A stretch of DNA of 64,000 bases, from positions 23,786-87,785 of IMG/VR virus record IMGVR_UViG_3300020457_000007. One strand, given 5' to 3'. The notes under the pieces are model-generated. The model was not told the DNA's origin. It ran no database searches and was given only the letters and a program-made list of their open reading frames with translations. Shown here one piece after another: positions 55,739-62,816 of the stretch (positions are counted from its first letter, which is position 1; every line of letters starts with the position of its first letter). This DNA is from a virus. Its lineage: Duplodnaviria; Caudoviricetes. Made by a program: the position numbers and the translations under genes.

Positions 55739-55909
55739 CTTTTTAACTTTTTGAGTTTCGTAATTTCCGAATTATTACACTTTTTGAAGTTTCTGAGGTT
55801 TTTGGTTGACAAATGCTAGACTGCGGGCTAAGACCCCCAAATCCCTCAACCTTAACCAAGGTATAGAACACCCTACTATGGTTTATTTAACATTTATTAA
55901 ATCACGTAG

Positions 55910-55953
55910 TTTTCCACAGTTTATCCACAAGTTTTCCACAACCCTGTGGAAAA
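55910..55953. promoter_or_regulatory. Cluster of four DnaA boxes
   Basis: TTTTCCACA 55910-18, TTATCCACA 55921-29, TTTTCCACA 55932-40, inverted TGTGGAAAA 55945-53. Confidence 0.75.
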
Positions 55954-55975
55954 GTATTAGTGATACCAGTTAGAG

Positions 55976-56142
55976 CTACGTGCGGATGCCCTTCCTATCT
56001 TCTACCAATTTGGTCTGTCTCTCTACCTCATACCTGATTGAAGCAAGATGTCCCTCTAAGTACTGTTGGTACTCATTACCCTCGAACAAATCACCTAGGT
56101 GAAGTATATGTTCCATTGCAAAGTACAGTTTAGTTTGTTCAT
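55976..56142 (-). CDS. Hypothetical protein
   Basis: Part of the 65-aa track ORF, probably starting near MNEQTK (start coordinate approximate). Confidence 0.55.
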
Positions 56143-56264
56143 TCATCATCATCCTTCTCTTTAAATGATACAATGTTTTTGGTTGGTAGTATACCTAGCA
56201 GTGTCCATAACCACAACAATGCTAGGATGAGTGTTACTAATTCAAATACTGGTATGGGTAACAT
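56139..56264 (-). CDS. Small membrane protein (41 aa)
   Basis: Manual: MLPIPVFELVTLILALLWLWTLLGILPTKNIVSFKEKDDDE. Confidence 0.5.
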   Translation of the reverse strand: MLPIPVFELVTLILALLWLWTLLGILPTKNIVSFKEKDDDE

Positions 56265-56524
56265 CAGTCTAGTGATCCAAGATCATTTAACTGTTGGGGT
56301 TTTGGTTTATGGTTCTTAAATCCATCGTGGTTACCATCACCAGGCATTTTACCAAAGGCAAGATACTCAACTGCTTGTATACTCCCTTCAAGGCGATCAA
56401 GTTCTCTGTCTAGTTTCACATACTCAAGATGTGCATCTTCCAGTTCAACTTGTCTCATTTCCAGTTGTGTCACTCTCTTCGTGAAACGTTGTAGCAACTG
56501 TTCGTATGATTCAGTTTCTTTCAT
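56264..56524 (-). CDS. Coiled-coil hypothetical protein
   Basis: 86-aa ORF; LDRLEGSIQAVEYL. Confidence 0.7.
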   Translation of the reverse strand: MKETESYEQLLQRFTKRVTQLEMRQVELEDAHLEYVKLDRELDRLEGSIQAVEYLAFGKMPGDGNHDGFKNHKPKPQQLNDLGSLD

Positions 56525-56551
56525 TGTTTTATACCAAAGGTGTGTAATGAT

Positions 56552-56743
56552 TTATGGGCGTTGTACTGGCATTAGTTTAGGACCAGTGCGTTGGCAAGAT
56601 GTTTGGAATGTGTTCATTAGTTCTTGTGCCATATGACGGTAGCCACTACCAACATAGACCTGACCGCCGACGACCGCAACCGCACACACAGCCCAAAACC
56701 AATAATACCACTGAGTCTTTATCTGGTGGTCATTAGATGTCAT
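56552..56743 (-). CDS. Small membrane protein
   Basis: WYYWFWAVCAVAVVGGQVYVG TM; TTTACA-N17-TATAAT promoter at 56764-56792. Confidence 0.7.
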   Translation of the reverse strand: MTSNDHQIKTQWYYWFWAVCAVAVVGGQVYVGSGYRHMAQELMNTFQTSCQRTGPKLMPVQRP

Positions 56744-56883
56744 AATATTTGAGACGATAAGTTATTATACCATACGGGTGGTGATGTGTAAACCTCGGTA
56801 TAAATACTCGTTTACAGATGGTTAAGAATATTGTCTGTAACAGGGATCCAGGACATAAATAGTAGTAGAATGAGCGAGGTCAA

Positions 56884-56943
56884 ATGAACCCAAACTTCCT
56901 TGTTATGAGGATCATTCCATTAGAGGTTAAACATTTATGTTAA
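56884..56943 (+). CDS. Putative 19-aa upstream ORF
   Basis: GAGGT RBS; MNPNFLVMRIIPLEVKHLC; its end overlaps the next start codon. Confidence 0.35.
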   Translation: MNPNFLVMRIIPLEVKHLC

Positions 56944-57101
56944 ATCACAACGTCATCAGCAGTAATCAATTAGCAGATTGGAAAGAATCAACTGAGTCTG
57001 TCTACGAAGTGGACAATTACCTCAACAACTACTACGAGTGTATAATTGATGCTGGTGATGATAAGTATACTGCAAGACGTTGCAGTCGGTTACTACAATA
57101 A
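56937..57101 (+). CDS. Small protein (54 aa), cyanobacterial/cyanophage type
   Basis: Manual: MLNHNVISSNQLADWKESTESVYEVDNYLNNYYECIIDAGDDKYTARRCSRLLQ; GAGGT RBS; TATAAATA (56799-56806) upstream and a terminator downstream. Confidence 0.7.
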   Translation: MLNHNVISSNQLADWKESTESVYEVDNYLNNYYECIIDAGDDKYTARRCSRLLQ

Positions 57102-57130
57102 GCATAGTCCAGTTAACATACCGCCCACAG

Positions 57131-57165
57131 AACCCCTCGACAGAGGGGTTTTTTAATGCTATACT
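57131..57165 (+). terminator. Terminator overlapping a sigma70 promoter
   Basis: AACCCCTC-GACA-GAGGGGTT-TTTT; TCGACA-N17-TATACT overlaps it. Confidence 0.75.
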
Positions 57166-57172
57166 GTATTCT

Positions 57173-57685
57173 ATGTCAGTATCACATTTATTTTCAATAC
57201 CCATACTAGAGACTGAGGTGGATCTGAATCAGGTCTCTCTTGGTGATGGTGATGAGTATTATAATGGTGAAGTGAACTGGACTTATGGCAAACAACAGTG
57301 TCACGAGTCCACCTACAATTATTTGTATAGTATTATCTCTCCATTTCTATTGGAGTATGATCCTTACATCAATTTTCAATTCACTGACATCTGGCGTAAT
57401 AGATACGTAGCTACTGATTATCAGGGCTATCATATCCACGCACAGTCACAATGGTCATTCATAATATATGAGACAGTTGATAGTAAAACTGTGTTATATA
57501 ATCCAGCGTGGCTATTAATACAGAATCATATGGGTGTAAGTAAATCTATGCCCTGCATCCACAACATACAGTTGAGTGCTGGTTCTATGGTCGTGTTCCC
57601 TTCATTCATTGCACATCACGTGAACAATGGCAATGAAGGTACAACAATATCAGGTAATATTAAACTACAGTACAATGGGATGTAA
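57173..57685 (+). CDS. Putative 2OG-Fe(II) oxygenase (TIGR02466-like), leaderless
   Basis: W.N.Y...DYQ.YHIH...WS.I.Y, G...VFPSF..H.V, T.SGN; ATG 7 nt after the -10 box. Confidence 0.75.
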   Translation: MSVSHLFSIPILETEVDLNQVSLGDGDEYYNGEVNWTYGKQQCHESTYNYLYSIISPFLLEYDPYINFQFTDIWRNRYVATDYQGYHIHAQSQWSFIIYETVDSKTVLYNPAWLLIQNHMGVSKSMPCIHNIQLSAGSMVVFPSFIAHHVNNGNEGTTISGNIKLQYNGM

Positions 57686-57860
57686 AAACTGTGACAATGT
57701 GTCACTAGAGGACTACGAGAATGCTATGTTTGCTCATTTAATAACAGAGCGACGTGGTAAGTGGTATGTTCGTACAGATAGTGGTATAATAAAGGAGTTC
57801 AAATCACACACTGCAGCCAAGGAGTTTATTTTTATGGGAGGAGTACAAGATGGACATTGA
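57676..57860 (+). CDS. Hypothetical protein
   Basis: Part of the 77-aa track ORF; start near MGCKNC is approximate. Confidence 0.5.
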
Positions 57861-58641
57861 CAAGCAATTAGATCCCAATGTAATGAAGAACCGTGCTAAC
57901 AAGCAGGAGATTCGTGAGTTCTGTGATCCTAATGAACGAGGTCAACGACGTGAGGTGATTAAACATTTCACTGAAGGTGGAATTGAAACATTCATTCGTG
58001 AGTATCCTAATCACGCACCTGATAACTTCTGTGATATGTTAATGGGTTATGCTAATAATCTCAAGGAGCGTAAGGATGCAAATGAAAAGACACCTGAGAT
58101 GGCTGCTCAAGGTGGTGGTCCTGGTGAATTTAATCGTAAAGACTTCTTCTTCTTTCTTACTGAGGGTACATCACCCAACCTACGCAATACTATGTTGACT
58201 GGTTGGTCTAAACTTGCATCACAGTATTATATTGAAGAGTTTAGTCAGTTAGGTGCAAATGATTTCTGGATGAGTGCTGCTAAGGTACAGATGACAAATC
58301 CAGCCGAGGGATTTCACGGATGGCACTATGATAATAGTGGTTTCTTTGTTGGTCTACGTGAGTTTGTATTCATTACATACTTAAATGATGTACCTGCTGG
58401 TGGTGAAACTGAGTTCTTGTATCAAGGTATTAGAATTGCACCAAAGAAGGGCACTACAATTATATTTCCAGCATCCTACACACATATGCACCGTGGTAAT
58501 CCACCACTAGGATGTAAGAAGTATATTGCTACAACGTGGGCTAGTAGACTACCACGTATTGATGCAGAGACACAAGGACGTGATGAAGTAGAATGTATTG
58601 CACCTAGTGAACAGATTGTGCAATTCTTTAAGAGGGAATAA
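57850..58641 (+). CDS. 2OG-Fe(II) oxygenase (prolyl-4-hydroxylase-like)
   Basis: FHGWHYD, YLNDV..GGETEF, P..G...IFPA..TH.HRGNPP..K. Confidence 0.85.
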   Translation: MDIDKQLDPNVMKNRANKQEIREFCDPNERGQRREVIKHFTEGGIETFIREYPNHAPDNFCDMLMGYANNLKERKDANEKTPEMAAQGGGPGEFNRKDFFFFLTEGTSPNLRNTMLTGWSKLASQYYIEEFSQLGANDFWMSAAKVQMTNPAEGFHGWHYDNSGFFVGLREFVFITYLNDVPAGGETEFLYQGIRIAPKKGTTIIFPASYTHMHRGNPPLGCKKYIATTWASRLPRIDAETQGRDEVECIAPSEQIVQFFKRE

Positions 58642-58662
58642 CCATTAAAAAGAGGACTATTT

Positions 58663-58878
58663 CTAGTCCTCTATAAACTTCCTTGGATTAATCATTCGAC
58701 TGACTAACTCTATTACTTGCTCTCGTATTTGCAGCACATCATCATAACATTGTTGATTATGTGCACAAGAGCGTAATGCAGGGTCAGGTTTGTGTAATGA
58801 TTCAAGTACTATTGATTTAGCACGATCCCACTTCTCATATGATGTGGGTGAATCGTCTAGGGTTCGCTGATCTTTCAT
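58663..58878 (-). CDS. Conserved cyanophage hypothetical protein
   Basis: KW.R...ES..KPD..LR.CAHNQ.CY pattern. Confidence 0.7.
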   Translation of the reverse strand: MKDQRTLDDSPTSYEKWDRAKSIVLESLHKPDPALRSCAHNQQCYDDVLQIREQVIELVSRMINPRKFIED

Positions 58879-59063
58879 CCTGTAAATGGTTCAGTTGATA
58901 GGTTAATTAAAATGGTTGTTAAGTCTGGATACTTTGAGTATGCTGATTTAACTGCGGTAGCAGGATCCACACAACTATGTTCAAACTTACTCCATTGTAA
59001 TTTATGGTCAATCTTAGCTAGTACATTGACTTCCCATTTCTTCTTCTTTGATGCCATTAGCAC
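58875..59063 (-). CDS. Hypothetical protein
   Basis: 62-aa ORF in the operon. Confidence 0.55.
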   Translation of the reverse strand: MLMASKKKKWEVNVLAKIDHKLQWSKFEHSCVDPATAVKSAYSKYPDLTTILINLSTEPFTG

Positions 59064-59350
59064 CCCTCACTAGTATGTTCAAGCGGTTCAACTTCTGGAT
59101 AATCATTTACCCAGAAATCCTCCCAATCTTCTTGACTACTGCCTACATCACGAACAGGATACTCGTAAGTATGTTGTTGTTGATGCAAACGTCCAATTAG
59201 ATCATCGACACGATGTAATTGTGTCTTGTGAAAATCCTGAAGTTCATAAAGTGCGTGCTTAACATCCGATTCAACATCAGATGATCCACCACTGAGATAT
59301 TCTTCAACTACTTGACGTAGATGTTCATATCTCTGAGTCGCACCATCCAT
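59057..59350 (-). CDS. Hypothetical protein
   Basis: Start placed at MDGATQR to minimise overlap with the upstream ORF. Confidence 0.6.
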   Translation of the reverse strand: MDGATQRYEHLRQVVEEYLSGGSSDVESDVKHALYELQDFHKTQLHRVDDLIGRLHQQQHTYEYPVRDVGSSQEDWEDFWVNDYPEVEPLEHTSEGC

Positions 59351-59513
59351 CGTTAAGACGGTGGGCAGCTCTCTCAAGTTTGGAGTAGAGATCACCACAT
59401 TTGACTCCACTGTGTTTTTCTGAGGTGAATTGTTGGCTTGAGCTGAGGTGTTGTAAGGCATCGGTAAGAACAGCGATTTCGGATTGATTAAGCAGCACTT
59501 TAAGAAGTTTCAC
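59325..59513 (-). CDS. Hypothetical protein
   Basis: 62-aa ORF; LN.SEI.VL..ALQ.LS...LY.KL. Confidence 0.55.
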   Translation of the reverse strand: MKLLKVLLNQSEIAVLTDALQHLSSSQQFTSEKHSGVKCGDLYSKLERAAHRLNDGWCDSEI

Positions 59514-59556
59514 TGAATTTTGTACAACTACTGTAAGTATATACAGTATTTTGGGG

Positions 59557-59799
59557 CTATGCAGCCCCTAGAACAGGATTTCCTAACTGAGGAATAGTGT
59601 TGAAATCAGTCACGTCCCAACCGTAGTTGACTCGCTCTTGAACTTCACTGTCCAACTCGTTAGTGTTGATGAACCTTTTGTTCACCGTCCGTCCATTAAG
59701 AGATAGAACCTCTAGCAAGTAACGGTATGATACCTCACCAAAAGGTAAGCGTACAGGATAATAATCTGCTTGCTGACCAGAAGAGTTACGAATTTGCAT
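59557..59799 (-). CDS. Early hypothetical protein
   Basis: 80-aa ORF directly downstream of an early promoter. Confidence 0.7.
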   Translation of the reverse strand: MQIRNSSGQQADYYPVRLPFGEVSYRYLLEVLSLNGRTVNKRFINTNELDSEVQERVNYGWDVTDFNTIPQLGNPVLGAA

Positions 59800-59827
59800 T
59801 GGGTTGAATTCCCTTGACTACTCTAGT

Positions 59828-59886
59828 AGTATAGCATTAAAAAACCCCCTGTAAAGGGGGGCTTGTGACAGTTTGTAATGTGGTTC
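59828..59886 (-). promoter_or_regulatory. Early promoter fused with a terminator-like hairpin
   Basis: Minus strand CCACAT-TACA-AACTGTCAC; CCCCC-TTTACA-GGGGG-TTTTTT-AATGC-TATACT. Confidence 0.75.
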
Positions 59887-60415
59887 ACTTGATCGCTTTT
59901 CCGCACTTTCTGATGTATGATGCACATATATTATCACCTAAGCGGGGATCTGCGGGTTGCTTAGCTCTCTTCTTGAGTCTATCATACTTCTGTTCCAGTC
60001 TAGGACGTAGATAATCGTATACTTGTTGACCTTTAAGGTGCCACAACTCTACTATATCTCCGTGTTCATAGCGTGCATAGTAATGATCATCATATTTCAA
60101 GAGCTTTTCTTCTCTTAAATACTGATCTTGCTCCTCCCACGTATCCTTAACACTGATACCATTGTACGTAGCGTTGATGTCTTTACCTATTGTTGACTTG
60201 TATTCTACTGGTTCACCCTTATCATATGCATCTGCACCACTATATGTGTCTGCCACATCGTGATCTAGTGCAATAGCCATATGTATTTCACGTGACCTAG
60301 CATAAGAGAATGGGTCACCCCACCCCTGATCTATACACACATCATACAATCCTTTGAAGCATTCCTCATACTTCTTGCGTGCTTCTTGTGGTGTGTACTT
60401 AGTCATCTGTCTCAA
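59885..60415 (-). CDS. PvuII-like PD-(D/E)xK endonuclease (putative)
   Basis: GWGDPF...GADAYDKGEPVEYKS...YYARYEHGDIVELWHL...YIRKCGKAI, colinear with R.PvuII as recalled. Confidence 0.6.
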   Translation of the reverse strand: MRQMTKYTPQEARKKYEECFKGLYDVCIDQGWGDPFSYARSREIHMAIALDHDVADTYSGADAYDKGEPVEYKSTIGKDINATYNGISVKDTWEEQDQYLREEKLLKYDDHYYARYEHGDIVELWHLKGQQVYDYLRPRLEQKYDRLKKRAKQPADPRLGDNICASYIRKCGKAIK

Positions 60416-60611
60416 TCCCTTCTAGGTCTTCTATCAGTCTAGCAGGTACAGTGTGTAGTCCTCCTATGAGATAGTAATGGTCTTTGATACCTTCAACTGT
60501 TTCTTCTCCAAGGTAAAACAGTTCATTAGCAGGGAAACTATGCTCCCTCAACATCGCTTGTAGTTGGAGGTGTATCAACTCTCCTCGTGATGGTACATTT
60601 AGGCCAGTCAT
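60399..60611 (-). CDS. Conserved cyanophage hypothetical protein
   Basis: HLQLQA.LR.H....L.YLG....H.Y.I.G.H.VP...IE. Confidence 0.65.
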   Translation of the reverse strand: MTGLNVPSRGELIHLQLQAMLREHSFPANELFYLGEETVEGIKDHYYLIGGLHTVPARLIEDLEGIETDD

Positions 60612-60765
60612 TACGATAGATTAGTACATTACATTGTGAATATCCGTGCATTTTGCCAGGGTCATCCCACTGACGTACACAGAGAGTAAAATAGGGGTCA
60701 CCCACAAATGTGATGAATCCTTCATCATCACCACACTTCACGTGATCCCCTATGCGAAACTTCAT
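60538..60765 (-). CDS. Hypothetical protein (SH3-like beta barrel)
   Basis: F.IGDHV....EG.I.FV...Y.T.C...C.VLIY..DW. Confidence 0.6.
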   Translation of the reverse strand: MKFRIGDHVKCGDDEGFITFVGDPYFTLCVRQWDDPGKMHGYSQCNVLIYRNDWPKCTITRRVDTPPTTSDVEGA

Positions 60766-61055
60766 TCAACTTCCTCGAAGTAAATGCCGTGGTATGCGTT
60801 GAACGCATCGAGTTCTAAGTAGTCATCATCGTGTACAGCACCTTGATCATTACTTATCGACAAACACATAAACTCCTCTGCAAAATACTCTGGAGTTGTC
60901 TGATACTTGTCACATATGGAGAAGAACTCTTCCATATGCTCGTCTTTCATACCAAGTGTATCTATACTGTATGAAAGGTCGGAAATTAACTGATTTAATG
61001 AGGATTCCATTTGTAGAGAGTGTAGATTAGGACGATCGTGCAAATTAAAATGCAC
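60762..61055 (-). CDS. Acidic hypothetical protein
   Basis: 97-aa ORF, true start possibly MESSLN; D/E-rich. Confidence 0.6.
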   Translation of the reverse strand: MHFNLHDRPNLHSLQMESSLNQLISDLSYSIDTLGMKDEHMEEFFSICDKYQTTPEYFAEEFMCLSISNDQGAVHDDDYLELDAFNAYHGIYFEEVE

Positions 61056-61087
61056 GAAAAAAGGACAATTAGAGCGTGCATAGGTGG

Positions 61088-61474
61088 TTACCTCATATAA
61101 AGATAGCCACCTGCCCAGTCAGCACGTGCATAACACTCCATACGTGAGTTAATGATGCGTAGATCATATCTAACGTGCTGTGCTGCTTTGTTCCAAGATG
61201 CTGGTTTGTATACCTCACCAGTCTTCTTGTCAATAAATGCGTGAACAGACTCTTGATTGTTAATCATCACGATCTTAAGGAACTTACGTCCTCTACGGAT
61301 CTCAAACTTAGTAGTTAAGGATGATGATTGACCATCATAATTTGCTTGTAAGCACTCAACGAGTTTCTGAGTCCATTCGTACACTCTGTCTTCCATACTC
61401 AATGGAGTAACCTTACCAGAGACGAACTCATCAACTGTGATCTCGTGAGATGCAGATACAGATTCAAGACTCAT
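61088..61474 (-). CDS. Conserved T4-like cyanophage early protein
   Basis: GRK..KI...SVHAFIDKKTGEVYKPASW..A.HVRYDL...ADWAGGYLY; AGGAG RBS. Confidence 0.8.
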   Translation of the reverse strand: MSLESVSASHEITVDEFVSGKVTPLSMEDRVYEWTQKLVECLQANYDGQSSSLTTKFEIRRGRKFLKIVMINNQESVHAFIDKKTGEVYKPASWNKAAQHVRYDLRIINSRMECYARADWAGGYLYMR

Positions 61475-61501
61475 TTAAACTCCTGTGTGTGTTATGTACC
61501 T

Positions 61502-61558
61502 ATTATAGTCCTTATCGGTACCGACTCAACCATCTGTGTGACAGTTTTTAAACTGGAC
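61502..61558 (-). promoter_or_regulatory. Early promoter (palindrome + TATAAT)
   Basis: Minus strand GTCCAGTT-TAAA-AACTGTCAC at the conserved distance from TATAAT. Confidence 0.8.
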
Positions 61559-62152
61559 AGTGTGTCCATCATCCACCTTGTCAGGCATAGCATTAAATGC
61601 TAGAGTATAACGAATTGTTTCATTCTGATTCTCAGTCACAAAGTGCTTGAGAGTCGAGGGAAACACGACCATTTTACCACCTTGTGACTGAAATGGTACA
61701 GTATCGTGCACATTACTGATCTTTAAGACCTCTTCATTGTATGGGTTAGGTTTTATGAATACCATATTACCTGAGTTCCCTGTCAGGAACACAACACCAC
61801 TGTACAATGACCACGGATGGTTGTGTGCTCTATTATAGTCACCCTTCTTATATCTGTTAATCCAAGCAGCATTTATCTTAACATTACTGCTGTAATTACC
61901 TGGTATACCATTACTAATGTCTTCTAGCCTGTCCTCTGCCCACTTACGAAATGGTGTGAAGTCAGAGTATGATAGTATACCATCTTGTTGTGGAAAGTTT
62001 AGTACATTGCAACTAGAAGAACCACCTGCATATGTCTCAGCAGTATCCCAGTCTACAACATTGCAGAGGGATAACAACTGAGCATATAAGTCAGATGGCA
62101 CATCTAATTCAAATACTGGTGTTGGAAAGATGTCGTAGCGTTCAAAGTTCAT
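61526..62152 (-). CDS. Putative 2OG-Fe(II) oxygenase (TIGR02466-like)
   Basis: IFPTPV, WIN.Y.KG.YN..HNH..S.YSGV.FL, G....FPS.L.H.V..N....R.TLAFN. Confidence 0.85.
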   Translation of the reverse strand: MNFERYDIFPTPVFELDVPSDLYAQLLSLCNVVDWDTAETYAGGSSSCNVLNFPQQDGILSYSDFTPFRKWAEDRLEDISNGIPGNYSSNVKINAAWINRYKKGDYNRAHNHPWSLYSGVVFLTGNSGNMVFIKPNPYNEEVLKISNVHDTVPFQSQGGKMVVFPSTLKHFVTENQNETIRYTLAFNAMPDKVDDGHTVQFKNCHTDG

Positions 62153-62226
62153 TCAGTTACTTTAAGGTAGATAGCTACAGACGCTGCAAATGCAACGTAC
62201 GACCAGAATAATATTGGTACAATCAT
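62149..62226 (-). CDS. Tiny membrane peptide (25 aa)
   Basis: Manual: MIVPILFWSYVAFAASVAIYLKVTE; ATGA overlaps at both ends. Confidence 0.45.
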   Translation of the reverse strand: MIVPILFWSYVAFAASVAIYLKVTE

Positions 62227-62402
62227 TGTAACACAGGGGCACAAGTTAAATCATACTTATTAACCATCCTGTTACAGTACATACAACCTAGTGCAGAGAA
62301 TGAGAAGTTGAATACTCTCATAGCACCCTCACAATGAGGACAAATGACATACTTGCCTTCTCTTGGTGCTCTTGTGTATCTTGTGACCTTAGGAAATTCC
62401 AT
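62223..62402 (-). CDS. Zinc-ribbon small protein (59 aa)
   Basis: Manual: MEFPKVTRYTRAPREGKYVICPHCEGAMRVFNFSFSALGCMYCNRMVNKYDLTCAPVLQ; two CxxC pairs; GAGGT RBS. Confidence 0.7.
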   Translation of the reverse strand: MEFPKVTRYTRAPREGKYVICPHCEGAMRVFNFSFSALGCMYCNRMVNKYDLTCAPVLQ

Positions 62403-62423
62403 TGATACCTCATTAATAGATTC

Positions 62424-62482
62424 ATTATAGCAATAAAAAACCCCCTGTGAAGGGGGTGTTGTGACACTTATTGAACTGCTAC
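62424..62482 (-). promoter_or_regulatory. Early promoter fused with a terminator-like hairpin
   Basis: Minus strand GCAGTT-CAAT-AAGTGTCAC; ACCCCC-TTCACA-GGGGGT-TTTTT-ATTGC-TATAAT. Confidence 0.75.
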
Positions 62483-62734
62483 TCGGTCTGGAACTTTGAA
62501 TCCAGCATTCTGTACAATGTTCACTATAAATGCCTCAAGGAATATCAGAGGTAATACCACGAAGTCAAACCCACGTAATTTTGTGATGTCTGCTGGTGGT
62601 TTTACTTTAGGTGTCTCGGTCACTTTAGGTGCCTCTACTACTGGTGTAGTATTTAACACTGCTTTAGATGCTGCTGGTGCTGCCTTCTTAGCAGGTGCCT
62701 TGCGTGTACGACGACGAGTTGAGGATGTGGTCAA
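62468..62734 (-). CDS. Protein with a basic Ala/Lys/Pro-rich N-terminus and a C-terminal TM helix
   Basis: TRRRTRKAPAKKAAPAASK...FVVLPLIFLEAFIVNIV. Confidence 0.6.
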   Translation of the reverse strand: MTTSSTRRRTRKAPAKKAAPAASKAVLNTTPVVEAPKVTETPKVKPPADITKLRGFDFVVLPLIFLEAFIVNIVQNAGFKVPDRVAVQ

Positions 62735-62759
62735 GTGCGAAACTTGCGAACGTGATACT

Positions 62760-62816
62760 ATTATAAGGGTAGTTTGTTGGGAATGGTGGAAATACGTGCA
62801 CTTTGTAAACTGGCAT
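62760..62816 (-). promoter_or_regulatory. Early promoter inside the 3' end of the methyltransferase gene
   Basis: Minus strand TGCCAGTT-TACA-AAGTGCAC ... TATAAT. Confidence 0.7.

Noticed and set aside
59885-60415. CAGCTG as the target of the PvuII-like protein
   Set aside because: CAGCTG is frequent in the window and the PvuII recognition residues are not conserved.
51643-62816. Recurring palindromes as a CRISPR array or attC-type cassette sites
   Set aside because: Copies are degenerate, 0.3-4.6 kb apart and always at a fixed distance from a -10 box; no cas or integrase gene is present.
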